A stretch of 64,000 bases of DNA, taken from positions 1 to 64,000 of the forward strand of contig KZ538114.1 in NCBI GenBank assembly GCA_000934665.2, read 5' to 3'. Positions 35,679-49,308 of this stretch are shown piece after piece. Source of the DNA: Catajapyx aquilonaris (Eukaryota). Made by a program: the position numbers and the translations under genes. The notes beneath the pieces are model-generated. The model worked only from the letters and a program-made list of their open reading frames with translations, had not been told where the DNA came from and made no database searches. Positions within the stretch are counted from its first letter, which is position 1, and each line of letters begins with the position of its first letter.

Positions 35679-35792
35679 GGAGTAGAGTCCTTGAGATGTA
35701 AACGGGGAGAAAACATTAATTAATTAATAATTGTTCAATTTATTTATACTACTACTACTACTATACTGCTACTGCTGCTGCTGCTGCTGCTG

Positions 35793-35850
<58 letters not shown>

Positions 35851-38800
35851 AGTACTACTAAACCGGTTCAGTGGGAATTTGCATGGTTGACCACATACAG
35901 GGTTTGACATGACCCGCCTGCTGTGCATGAAATGGTTTACCATCGATAGTTATGCCTCCAGAGGGGGGCAGACTAATCATCCGAAAATAAGAGGAGAGTT
36001 AGGAACATCTGCCTCGCAGCAGGGCTCAAAGGGTCAGTATGTGTAGCATAACGCGCATTGTGTATACAAAAGGCGAGAGGGACTAATCATTTTCCTCTCA
36101 TCAATCATGCTGACTGGCAAGTGCTCCACGTGCCACCCGCAAAAAAATATATAGAATAAATAACGCCATGTTTATGATTACAAAAATATTCGTTTGACCC
36201 CCACACATATCAGCAGCCCAGCAAGTCAACATCTGCCTGTATGCAATGATGGCCCCTCCCTAGTCGCGACTTGTTATTAAAAAGAATAAAAGCACGGCAG
36301 CTGCGACTCTTCTCTACCAACCTCTCATGTATATATACGGGGCTACCTGAACCCTTGTTGCAAGAACTCAATTCATTCATCATGCTCCGACGCCGCTACT
36401 TTTTGCACCCTCAGGCACCCCATCCCCGAAATCAAACCCGGGTCCCTCGAAACAAGTGCTGCTTCGCTTCGGATAACAAACGACCACTTTTCAGTTGCAG
36501 CTTTTCAGATTTATCTGATTTTTTTGCACAATAGACGTGGCTCGAGGGTGATTTGCAGTATTAGCTAATCATTGTTATATTTTGAGGTAGCGGGACATTT
36601 GGTGATGTGAATATGTCAGCACCTATCTCTCCAAAATTGTAACCCGACATTCTGGATTGTCCAGGATGACAATGCATCGATTATATCAGCTCCCTCTGAG
36701 TGTGCTAAAAGGAGTGAAATCCGAGAGCCATCCTGTACAGACACGAGCGAAAAGCGTGGGCAACACTGCAGATGGTACCTCCCCTTCCGACATGTCTCCC
36801 CCCCCCATCCCCATCCTCTCCCCTCCATCCCCCATCCAAAAAGCTTCCTCCTCCTCTTTTTGGTGGCAGACTACCAGAAGAGCTCTTGTTGGCCATCCGG
36901 TCGGAGCAATCCTCCAGTGGTCCCTTTGACACCCGAAACCGTTTTTGTCAGTGTTGCTTGTACCGGACCGGTTTTCTTACTTACAAACCCCCTGTGGAGA
37001 CTGGAGAGAGGGACACCCTGTGGGTAAGTTTCAGATTATTTTTTTTAAAGAAAATTGGTAGGAATCGTTGCTTGTTGCGTGAATGAAACAACATGCATAT
37101 TCATCGTCGTTAGGGCGATTTCCATTCATTTGCATTAATTTTGAGCCGTCTAATTTTCTAAGAAATTCGGAATTTGTGGTAATGACAGGGCATGTTCGTG
37201 CCCCCCATTTTTAAGGCAATCAGAGGGTCAAAGGACAAAATGCCGGAGGAATATCCCGGTTGGTATCTAACTGAAACACATTATTTTGTAAAATGCCAAG
37301 AGTCGGAAGGACCCCCCTCTGTACCATTCGAGGGTTTTGCTCCAACGATTTTCCAGAAAGGGAAAGAGGGAAAGGTTGAAAAGGGGCCTTGGAGGCGCCT
37401 CCTCTACTCTTTTGTCCCTTCAACGACCTCAACGGTCCCCCGTCAGCCCCAGCCTTGCTCCTTTTCAACCACCACCGCTAACCTTCTTCAGCACTGCCAC
37501 TGACAAATATTTGGGAGGGACATATCTCCATCTAGAATCTAAGGGTATGTGGGTACTGTACAGCCAACTCGGAAGATCTTTACTAGGGGACGAAACAGGA
37601 GTTCAAAGAGCGACAGTCGTCGTGTAGTAAAGACTAGCCGCCAACTATGGGACAAACTTTGAATTTCTGAGAGACAAATGAGCCTGGTCCACTAAGCCCT
37701 CTCCTAAGCCCCCCCTCGGTTGATATGTGATGCCAGAACACTTTTCTGGCGGCAGACCTCGCCGCCTGAGCGCGGAAACAGAGGAGCATCACGGGAATAA
37801 GGGACATGTATAGGGGAGAACTCGAGTGCTGCTGGAAGTAGAGTGGAGAGGGGGGGACACGACCCCATAAATATTGGCTGGGGAGAGACCCAAAGCTGCC
37901 AAGAGAAAAGCAAGCAAAATCCCTGCCTCTTTTCATGGAAAATACAGTCTCCTCATTAACACTGGTGATGCTCAAAAACAGTCAGGACAATGCAAGTTTA
38001 AATAGAAAAATGGAAGCTTAATTCGGAGAAGCATTAGCTGTGGTTTAGGCTGGATTTTGTGGGGAGATCGTAAATCTGGTCTTATCATCTGAACCAGCAC
38101 CATTCGGCCATAAAAATAATACTGGGGCGGTGTTTTTGGGTCCAGTCGAGGGTTGGAAGCTGCATCCGCACGCGAGAGGGGGGGGGGGAATTGTCATCAT
38201 GATAAGATTCTTGGCATGAGAGAAGTGGAGGGGATGGGGGAAGATAGGGGAAAAACAAAACAACAAAACCCAATCGAGCGAGTTGCTGGTGTATAGATCA
38301 AAAAAGTAATCGTCCATAACCAATAACTTCATATGAAATTGTCACAATTTGTGCGTGTCCTGACGCCTCATAAAAAATTACAAACGAACTACATTTAAAA
38401 AAAACATGTTGAAAAGAGTTCCTTCACATGTCTTTGTCGTGCGACAATGCACGTGAGTCAGGGGTTCCCTAGGAGGAAAAATTTATTTGCTTAAGTGTGA
38501 TGAAATTTAAGGGGGCAAAAGAGCGGCTGCTACTGGGAAGTTGCCACTTTGGGTGGTTGGCTCTTCCAACCATAAGGCAGCAGAGGTGGTCCCCAATCTG
38601 GTCCATTTAAGCAGGACTGGAAGATGTATGGATACGTGACATCCACGCAGCTTGCCTCCTTTTCATGGCCTTTTTTTTCGTTGTTAATGTTCGGTCCTTT
38701 CATCACCAGGCTGAGGACGTGGAGAGCGGGGGAGGAGGAGAGGCGGCCACAGAACTTTTGGATAAGAAGGAAGATGAGCTGGACGCCATCCTCGGAAGCA

Positions 38801-41647
38801 AGGAAAAGGAGGAAGTGCTAAGGAAACAAGCAGAGCTATTCAAGGAACACGAGGGAATCATGGCCAAAGATCTGGAATTCAACATGCAAGAGAAGAAGGA
38901 CCCTGATGAATCTAGTCAGGTACGAATTGTCGTAATAATAGGAGACTCGAACAGTTGAATGAGACAAGTGTTTCTAGCATTCGAGAGAGAAGACAGACCC
39001 AGAGAAGGCGTCTACAATGGAGGCCACCTACACCACAGGACCACAGGATGCCGGAATGGTCAAAGAAGACTGGAGAATGAGACTAGCCAATCTGCCCAAG
39101 AAAACCGTTGCTATCGGTATGAACCATGCGAAACCATGAAACGCGCAATGTCTCAATGGCATGTCTTTTCAGGTCTGACTTTGGCTCTGCTTCTTTTACT
39201 CGTGATTGTGGTAATCTGCGCGGTGCTGGGCTCCAGGAAGAGCGGCAGGTTCGACTCTTCTGTGAGGATAGTCCGAGGGAAGTTCGTGGAAAGCATCACT
39301 TCATGCGGAAGGGTTCAAGGGTGAGTTCACTGTTGGAATGTTCGCTCCAAAAATGCCATCGCGCATTCTGTAAGCCATAAACCAGTGCACAATTCAAAAT
39401 GATGGCATGATGGTCCCTCCTGACAGAAAGCACATTACTCACTCCCTGTACGTGTGGGGGTGAGTCAAATTCCCCCTCTAACTCTGGCCATATCTCATAA
39501 ACAGTGCGTATAAATCTTATATGCAAGCTGCCAAAATGAATGTCGGTGGTTGCATGCAGAGGGGGGCATGCTCTCTGGAAACTGATGCAAACAAAGGGGA
39601 TCGGTACTGACGAGTAGAATTATTTTAGTGAATATATGTCATCTCATGTGAGATGTGAACATTCACACTAAACTGCCGATAAACGTATTGACTTTTTTTT
39701 TGTTGGTCCCTGAAGAATTCCTCCATGTTGATACACAATCAGATTAAAGATTTGCATGATTGGGTTGGCTCACCCCTGCCAACCACAAAGTGCCATCAGC
39801 CATAGTGTAGACTTTCGAAAAGTTTTACGCCAGATTTATTGAATCACCTGATTGCTGATTCAAAACATATTCGTAAGCTGATTCAGTGAGTCATTTGTAT
39901 TCAAGCAGTCAATTAAGCATTCCTGAACTCTGACCCCGTTGATAATAAACTAGAAAATTAACAATGCGATCCTTAGCATGCTGATTGTAAGCCGGTTCCG
40001 TAAATGACCCTCGATTTATGAAAACCAGACAAGAGGTACTGTACGATCTTTCTAATGTCTCTTCTGATACACAGGCTGGTGGAGGACGGTGCCTTCGCCT
40101 TCCGAGGCATCCCTTATGCAGTACCCCCAGTTGGAAAGAACAGGTGGAAGTACGCCCGGTCCCAAAGCTCAGTGTCCGAGTGCTGGAACGGAACCCTCGT
40201 GGCCCACAATGCGTCCTTCCCATGCTGGCAGTACTACCCCAACGGGTCCTACGATGGCGTCGAGGACTGTCTTACTCTGGACGTCTTCACTCCAAAAGTG
40301 GTCTACGACGCCCCTCTGCCCGTAGTGGTCATGATAGGCGGACTCAGCCTCAATGGTGGGGAGTCCTCATGGCTGCGACCATCCGCAAAGCTGGCTAGAG
40401 AGAAGGGTGTGGTCTGGGTGCAGGTACAAGTACGAAGAGGTGTGCTGGGCTTCCTGGCACTCGAGCTGTTGGCCCGAACTTCCAGAAGGTACACCTCAGG
40501 CAACTACGGTGTGTCAGATTTGATCGCAGCACTAGCATGGGTCCAGAGAGATATTGTGCACTTCGGAGGCGATCCTGAGTCAGTGACACTGCTGGGACAT
40601 CAATCTGGAGCCACTTTGGCCACTGCCCTCACCGCGTCTCGGCCTGCTCGAGGACTCTTCCAGAGGGCTTGGCTCACTAGTGGAAGCGGAGGCTACACCA
40701 ATCTTACCATCAAGGTATGATCAGACTGTCATAAAAGTCTATGTGTTTTACGAACTTTCTTTTCCAGGATTCAGAAAGGAATAACGTGGCGTTCCTCAAC
40801 TCTGTGGAATGCAACCTGGTGGAATGCCTGTACGAGAAGAGCCCAGAGGAGCTTCTGGAAGGTGTACCTTACGAGTGGCGCACCTTCTCTCAGAACCTGC
40901 CCGTCAAAGGCGAGGATCGACACGTCTGGTCCGTAAAAGACATGTATCTTCTGCAGGACGCGCCGATGACCGTGTGGGAGAACGGGAACTTCAACGACAT
41001 CCCCATTATGTTCGGTAAGTGTTGTTATCGTGATACCGGCTGCAAGTGGCTGACCACTGGTTTCCTCCGCAGGTGCGACAGCTCAGGCTGAAGCAAGTGG
41101 AGAGCTCCTCCACTTCCTGGACTGGAACAAGACTGAAACTGTGGTGTCCTACATGATGAACAAACTGGAACACTTCTCCAAGGAGCTGGTTCGAGAGGCC
41201 CTGGCTGAATACAAGCACGAGCCAGGCAGCAGCATGTGGCACCAGTTCAGCTCCATGGTGACAGACATCCGTACCCTGTGTCCTATACGCCGTATGGCCG
41301 CCAAGGCTGACGAGCATTTCAAGCACCCGGTCATGTTCTACGTGGCCACCCAGCAAAGGAAAGGTCCTCTAGGGAATCTGGCCGAACCATCAGCGGATAT
41401 GATGGCCATACTGAACCTGTACCAACCCAAAACCAAGGAGGAAAAGGCGTTCGTCGGACACATGCAGAAGATGTTCTACCAATTCATAAGCGGTACCACC
41501 CCAGTCAGAGGACCTGACCTGCGACATCCGACAGCATCCAGGAACATTATGATGGTGGACCACGAGGTTCAGACTGCCAGATCGTACCCAAACTGTGACT
41601 TTTGGGAGAAAAAGGGAATCGTGCCACAGTACGCACGAGTTGATTGA
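33180..41647 (+). CDS. Nrt: Neurotactin (type II membrane cholinesterase-like adhesion molecule), ~706 aa
   Basis: Exons 33180-33341, 38710-38919, 38978-39116, 39173-39320, 40075-40714, 40768-41014, 41073-41647; frame-consistent. Acidic cytoplasmic N-terminus, one TM (GLTLALLLLLVIVVICAVL), then esterase fold (TSCGRVQG, FRGIPYAVPP, EDCLTLDVF, GNYGVSD, FGGDP, GHQSG). Start codon uncertain. Confidence 0.9.
35611..35858. repeat. (CTA)n and (CTA/CTG)n microsatellites
   Basis: Two tracts, ~35611-35678 and ~35748-35858, in the long Nrt intron. Confidence 0.97.
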
Positions 41648-43749
41648 TTCGAATCTTATCGGTCCTTTTTATCACGTGTTTCATGGTAAGGAAAATCACA
41701 CGGTCTGGCCTGATATTTATTCCAGATTTACAAGCTAGCTGTACACGCCAACTGGTTTCGTTTTGTGTCCCACCCAAACCCCCTTCCTCCAAGTCTATAA
41801 TCTGTGACGTAATATGAATAATGGTTTTTTACAGCCGAATTGTGGTACTGAAATCGATCATTCCAATCTGGCGCAGCAGTCCAAATATCGAGTCACCAAC
41901 TTATTTTCCTGTCACAACATGCCAGGCTATTGCGGAAGATTTTTTTTGTTGTTGTCAAAATATATGCGCCATGGCTCATTGTTGCTGACGCCAATTAAAT
42001 GTTTTATAATTAGGCTATTGAAACAACAGTAAATGGACTACAGGGTTGGTCGCAATTAATGCCAGCTTCGTACACGAAATTGTCAACGAACATTTTTTTT
42101 AATGTACTTGATGCCACTAGTTATGTTATAATGCGCACAATGCAAAATCGGCATCTGGATCCGATTTCATATGCAGTAATACAATATTCAGTAATCCAAT
42201 ACCAAATCAATATTCCCCAGTGACAAACTACTATATCCGCATTTCCTGGCTCGGTTCATTGCAAAACATTTTCTGCCCGGTTTTATCTATCAACCAACCG
42301 CTTTTAGATAAACCCCTTTAAAAAATTGTATGCAATATTCTCATACATTTTATACACCTCCCCAAACAAACAAAAAATTGCCTCACATTTCGTGACACCC
42401 TGTGATGCATTTGTTATACGATTGCAGTTTTGATTATTTATTGAGAGCGATAAATGATGTACTCATGCATTTATATTACTGATAAGGCCGTCATCTCATG
42501 ACCGCCGTTTTAATGATGTACTGTACGTTTTATAAGCTATTCTATGTGGTATATTTGTGGACGCAACTTCTGTAGATGTCAGTTCAGACGGATTTTTCCC
42601 GAGGGCATTACTGTAGCATTTATACTCTTTTTTTAAAAAATACCGTACTGATTTATGTAAGACTTACAGTAACGAAATGCAAGGAGACAGACTGAGACGG
42701 CAAAATAGCTGTAGGACCAAAGCAGTGAATTCAAAATGTATGCAAATACTCAATGCCCTGAAAGGCAGCTTTTTTTGTGTGTGCGCTCATGACTTCAGGC
42801 GCAATTTTTTCACAAATCTAAAAATTTAAAAAAGCCAAATAATGACAAACCGTATCTTCCATTTGGCGGTGCCTATGTAATGAGTTCCCTTTTTTTAAAA
42901 CTGGGGAACGTCATCTCAAAAAGTGGCCTTGTCGGGTCCAAAATATTAGATAGGTTGAGATATCGTGAATGCAATCATTTCGAGAGGCCCAAAAAAAAAA
43001 TCAGGTCACCACTTTTTTTAAATTACAAAAATAGCAATGTGTTTGTATACTGTACATATGAATAATGTATGTAAACGTGTTCGTGCAAATGTGAGTAATT
43101 CTAGTGCCCTGTGACCGAAAGCCAACAACGTAAGGTAAAAACTTTTGTCAATTTTTTTTACATTGCAAATTTTTTTTGTACATACTGTAGTGCCACATTG
43201 TACTTTAAAGAGCATAAGTGATCGTTGTGTGGTTTGTTGTTGGTGTCCGGTGAAATTCATATATTCTGACATTTTTTAGGCATGTGTGTGTGAGTTTGTG
43301 CGTGCGTGCGTGATTATTTTCTGCAAAAAAAAAAAATATTTACATCTCTTATAAACTTTTTAAACAAATTAATGTACTTGTAGAAAAAAAAACTTCGATT
43401 GTTCGCCAATTTTCCATTGTACCAATTTGAGAAATACAGGCGTTAATTAATCTGCTAGTGTTGTCAATGCAAAACCCATCACACCCACGAATAAATCACC
43501 TGTCATTACTAATCGCCACCTTCAAATTGCTGTTCTCCCATGTGTACCGTTCCGATGATGCACCGCAATTGCTCACAGTACTACACCTCCACCAACATAT
43601 TAATTGATACTAATTGATTAAAGTGGAAAAGCGCATCGGACAATACAAAAAATTATTCGAATTGTCCATCCCAGCAAAAATAAACAAAAATAAATAAATA
43701 AAAAATTAATCGGATGGAAACAACAATATTCGAGCCTCTTTTATTACTG

Positions 43750-44253
43750 TATCTCTATTATTATAAAATGCAAAGTTTGTTTGGCATTGCTTGCTTGCTT
43801 GCTTGCCTGCTTGCTTGTTTGTTTGTTTGTCCATGTTTTGGCTACTATTGTAACGGGCCGTGAGAAGAACAGCTGTTTAATATAATAAAAGAGAAGCGAT
43901 TGTTGTTGCTAGATAGTGGAACCCGTTCTTCTCCCTGCCAATTGCCAAACAAACAAACAACATTGCCTTCATATAATATACTGTACATAATAGATTTTAT
44001 ACCGGCCCAATTCCGTTCTTTCACACCCATTTCCATGGTAAACAAACACACAAACTTTGACTTTCAGAATACAATAGAGATTTTATACCCATTTCAGTTA
44101 TTTCACACCCATTGTCATAGTACACAAACAAACAAACTTTGCCTTTTACAATACATAATAATTAATAAGAGATTTTACACCCATTTCATACCTAATGTCA
44201 TGGTAACCAAACCTGGACAGCCAAACAGACTTTTCCTTTTATAATAGTATAGA
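43750..44253. repeat. Cluster of short Helitron-5'-end-like units, including three tandem 83-92 bp copies
   Basis: Units start AGATTTTA(T/C)ACC at 43992, 44078, 44170. The minus strand reads TCTATACTATTATAAAAGGAAAAGTCTGTTTG; an opposite-orientation head TCTATTATTATAAAATGCAAAGTTTG..(GCTT)n(GTTT)n is at ~43754. Confidence 0.6.
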
Positions 44254-45095
44254 CTACGGAGTATAGGTCGGTTCCGGGTTTCATATATAAAAAGTCGATG
44301 AGCTGAGTTCTGATGGTGGGCCACAGATGGAGTTGAAATTGCGTGTGTAACTCCGGGGGCATTTTGGTGTGGGAGGGTTCTGATGGTGGGGGTGTGCCAG
44401 GAGGGTGGGGGGGGTTGTCCCATAGAGACCCAGGCTTTATTCGGAACCAACCGGATTCGGGTCTGCATCGCACTGCTTTTTCTTGTGCAAGTAGTTAGAG
44501 AGCAATAGAGATAGAGATAATAGAGATAATAGAGACAATGCAGCGTAGTGCCTCCACTCTTCTGGGAGTCTGGATTGTCGCTATCCTCCTCCGACGATTG
44601 GAACACTCCGGTGGGTCACTTATTAAGCACTTTTCATTTTTTATATATTATATATTTTTAAAAATTATTGTTATTGCACTATGTCAACTGGTGTGTTGCG
44701 GATGTTCATATAAACAGTGCTGCAGTGTTATTGACAAAATTGCACCCAAGTTGCACTCTATCGGTAGTACAATCTGATCGTCAATTCGATCTTGTCAAAC
44801 TTTATTAAGCTCCCTTTATGCTGCAATGTCCGGGACATATTTGCCACATGGCATTGAGCAAAGTGGTTAATGTGATGCATTAAATTTCATTCTGGTAATC
44901 GCACAACAGGACATGACATAAACTGTTGGGAGAAAAATTTAAGTAAGCTACTCATCTAAAAAATATTTTATAAGAAAATAATGTTTCTCCAGCAGTAAGC
45001 GCCTTATCTCAATAGGAAAAATCGTTTTCTCATTAATAAATTGTCCGATCCATGTGTACAGACATGTGTGTCCTTGGTCTACCCCCCCCCCCCCC

Positions 45096-45388
45096 NNNNN
45101 NNNNNNNNNNNNNNNNNNNNNNNNNNNNNNNNNNNNNNNNNNNNNNNNNNNNNNNNNNNNNNNNNNNNNNNNNNNNNNNNNNNNNNNNNNNNNNNNNNNN
45201 NNNNNNNNNNNNNNNNNNNNNNNNNNNNNNNNNNNNNNNNNNNNNNNNNNNNNNNNNNNNNNNNNNNNNNNNNNNNNNNNNNNNNNNNNNNNNNNNNNNN
45301 NNNNNNNNNNNNNNNNNNNNNNNNNNNNNNNNNNNNNNNNNNNNNNNNNNNNNNNNNNNNNNNNNNNNNNNNNNNNNNNNNNNNNNNN
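45096..45388. other. Assembly gap (293 N) flanked by poly-C
   Basis: Run of n in the sequence. Confidence 1.
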
Positions 45389-48361
45389 CCCCCCCCCACT
45401 CTGAACACCCCCTCAAATAATTAACAAAAAAAAAACATAAGTCTAATGTCACTTTACAAAGGACATAAATGCTTTGGACAATAAATGTGAATTGAATTGC
45501 GAAATGACATTTTCATTCAGATATATAGCGAATGTCATTCCCAATTTTGTGAAAAGTGAGCCTAAAAGTGATTCAGAATGTGACGAGTATGGGACATTTT
45601 GGAGAAAATTAGAACCTATACGTGTGTCACCAAAAGAAAAACATAGATCCGACTTATAAGTAATCTTAAATTTCAATCAAGTCATTTGGTGCAAATTCGA
45701 GTTTCTTCATTAACAGAAAATATCACAAATAACGCTTGTTTTACAATTATTATTATTTTCATTTATTGAGTAGTGTTCATATTCTCATTTGGCAATTATT
45801 TCGTTGCAATAAATTTATTGAGTGATGGTGATAAATATCTTGAGTGCCTAATAATTTTATTGAAAGAACTAGTTAGAAGGGGGAGCAATATATTTATTGT
45901 GCCTTTTAAAGAAATATATAGCTTCCAAGTTTACAGTGCAGCGTGGTGCCCAAATCCACAGTTTGGTACGGATTGTTTAGCCTAGAAACCTGTCGCAAGT
46001 AGCTACAAATTGTTGAAATTATGGCTGATGGACAAAACCATTCACAATATTTCTTTATCCAGTTGGACTGTGAGCAGTGCACCACCCTGTAGGGTGCGTT
46101 GACATTCATTCCCCATACTAATCTAGTTATGTAACAATTCACGACCAGCTTAATTTTTAATCGCTTACACTCTCATTAAGCGGGCACGGTTTGACCTTAC
46201 AGTTGCGTCACGTTAAAACACTTTTTTTTCCCCCCCTCTCGCAAAAATGTCATTTTTGTTATTCATACGACCATTCCGCCGAATCGAGCAAAAATAATGC
46301 ATGAAAAGCGACAAAAACTTTGTCAAACATGCAAATTTCGCGTAGAGAGAGCGGGGGCTACAATTATGCCAAAAAGTTAGAACCCGAAACAATTCCAATG
46401 CGAAAATCGCGTTTTCTGCTTGTTATATGCATGCACCTTTTATTCTCCTTTCGACACTGCACGTCAATCCTTTCCCTTGAAATCCAGTGAGCCCAATATA
46501 ATTACAGCCTTGCTGAAAGGGGGCTCTAAATTTGCATAACGCGTCCCACCATCACCGTCAGGCTTTTCGAGTAAAGGTGAACGTCCGCCATGCAAAAATG
46601 TACATACACACAGAGAGATCCTATAGAGAGATGCAGCAAAAGCAGACGATATCGATTCCCACCTGTAATTTCCTTCGGGTTCCATCTTCTGTACAACGCC
46701 CCCCTCAGGCACTCACTTTATTCTAATTTTAACACAAAAATTTGGAACCGCCTTCTGAACATAATCTTCAAAGATGCTCACTCAATATGCTCTAGGGAGT
46801 AGGTAAAACATCGTAACTTTAAATCTTTAATGAGATAGTGCAATTTGAAATTATTAATTGTGACTCTGATCGTTCTGCATTTCAGTGCATTTTACTAAAT
46901 GCATTGGTAATAATAATTTGGTGCATAATATTTTTTTGAGCAGGCAAGTTGGTCAATATGTGCACAATGCTGGTGACGTCAATGGTCGTCAATGTCGCAT
47001 GTGACGTCTACATATTTACATAGGGGGTCACTGAAGCTTTTGGCAGTAAGTGACATCCTAATAAAAAATAGCTGAAAACATGCCAATTTGGGATCATAAC
47101 ACCGGAGGATAAAGAACTCTGCCCTCAGTCATTGATTCCGGTAACATGGTGTGGTAAATCAGACATAACGTTATCAACCAATTGTTAATAACAAGCAGAT
47201 CACTTCCTAAGGGTACAATCAGTGGCAACGCCTCAGACTGCGGCAGTACATGACTGTGTCCTTTATAAATTCCAGAAAATTCGGCACCATATCAGTACAT
47301 AACTATAGCGAACCCGTTGCCAAAATCGGCCGAAACCTATACCAGACAATCAAACAAATTTAATGAGATGCCCATTTACCACGTACTTCTATTCTTCATG
47401 TATAGATGGCGCATACTTCCTTTGCACACTCCTGCCACCTTCAGGTCGCGCAAGAAAGGTCGGACAAACATCAGACGGAGAGAATAACCCTATTAGGAAT
47501 CAGATTTTCTGTCATAATACAACACAACCTCGACGTAACTTTATCTCCAAAAGTTCCCCTTTAAACTTAATGTAGCGGAAACATTTCCACTGAACGGGGA
47601 ATCCCACCGAATTCCCTCTGAATCGCCCGGAGTTGAGATATGAACTCCCCGTATATATGACGAAGCACGGTGTTGAGCCATTTCCTCCAACACCACTGAT
47701 ACTGATGAATGTCCGCAATGTCCGGACTATACTCTTTATATTCTCCGGAAGGGACTGCGGCCATATAATAGCGTCAAAAAAGTGCCCGCCTTTTCGTGGG
47801 CTACAATCACTCCAGCAGCTGATGGCCTAATTTATTTGGTGGTTTTGTATTGATTGCGGACGTGACCTCCAGAATCGTGGCTCACCTAAGGTCATATGGA
47901 TTTTCCGTTCTGTTGGCGGCGGGGGTGTTTTGGATTTGTCTTATTCTCTTCCCCCGGACTATCGATCTATTATGGTTCCGGATTCTGATCCTTGGGAAGT
48001 CCGGCTTGCTCACTCTTTTCTGGTCTATTTGTACGAGGCTTATATATAAAATGGCCCAGGGAATTCAGGCCGCGGAACAAGTTTCTTCAAGGGAAGAAGC
48101 GGGGCTTATGCATGAAATGAGGCTGGCCCAGAAAACGCGTTCTTGGCTTTGCTTCAAGTAGACGTCGATATGAAAATATCGTTGAGTTACGACCGGTTTT
48201 ATGCTCGTTGAGAATGAGAAATGGATGAGCAATTCCTCCCCAAGTTAATGTGGGTTTCACGTTGGCTATTTTTGAATTCGCACTTCATGTTGGCATTTTT
48301 AATGTTTTACAGTTACATGTAACATTCACATTTTCAGTTGGAGATTTGGAAAGTAAATGTA

Positions 48362-48550
48362 CCAGGTGACCCAAAAGTCTGGACAGGTAGTTGGATTGTA
48401 TTGTTGGCAACAATGCAATGCAATTTTGGGTCACATGTGTACAGGGTGACCCAAAGGTCTGGACACGTATGTAATAATGTCACATTGTTGCCGGGTTGCC
48501 AGGATACCAATTGTCAACCAACAATGTGTCCAGACTTTTGGGTCACCCTG
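48362..48550. mobile_element. Tandem pair of Tc1/mariner-type MITEs
   Basis: TA-CAGGGTGACCCAAAGGTCTGGACAC at 48442 pairs with GTGTCCAGACTTTTGGGTCACCCTG ending 48550; degenerate upstream copy at 48362-48439. Confidence 0.8.
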
Positions 48551-49308
48551 CACATTTGGTATATAAACTAACATTTTTGGTATTATATCGCTAAAAAAGA
48601 TGGAGACGATTTTGCATTATTTTGGTTTCAATGCAAATTTGAGCGATATAGCATTTTAAAAATCTGTTGGTACATTAATTCCCACCAATATCTTGACCTT
48701 GCTCGAGTGCTGATGTTGTCATGTTTCACACACTATAGTTTCGTGATGTCTCAACCATCTTTAACTTTCTGATGGGCAAAGTTGGTTCCCAAGTCTGATT
48801 TAGGTGTGAACCCAAGCGTGGATGGGATTGATGTGAGTAATGGTGTGTTTCAGAGTGAGAGACAAGACGGGGGTGGAAGCGGAGATGGGCGTGGTGTGGG
48901 CGTGCTGACGATGAGCTCCCGGGAGGTGCTGACTTTCGTGCTGTTTGCCACGGGCATCGGTTGAGCACGTGCTGCATCCAACACACTGCAGCGCCGCTGC
49001 CCTCCCACCACCCATCAACCGACCATCAAAAAAAACAAGCGATTTTTCTATCAAAACCGGACAAGCCAGCAGCCCCTTTTAGGTGGTGAGGAGAAGGAGA
49101 CATGAAAAGAAGAAAAAGCATCAGCATCACCAAGAGTCTGACAATAGAATAGTGAACGTGTGAGTGTCGAGAGTGTGAGTGTGAGTGTTGCCGGAAGTGC
49201 TAAGCGTGGACCAAGAGAAGTGAGAAGAAGGGGGGCATCCAACCACAAAATTTTCATCAAGCAACCACTATTAGTACCCGTCCATCCGTTGTGTTTTGGT
49301 GCAGCAGC

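Noticed and set aside
35476..35943. Poly-Leu and poly-Val ORFs
   Set aside because: Translations of CTA microsatellites.
45033..45452. ORFs spanning the N run
   Set aside because: Artefacts of the assembly gap.
47512..48161. ORF with ISISGVGGNGST (P-loop-like) and a neighbouring hydrophobic 103-aa ORF
   Set aside because: Lacks the Walker A lysine, no ATG start, no splice support; could be decayed TE sequence but cannot be supported without tBLASTx.
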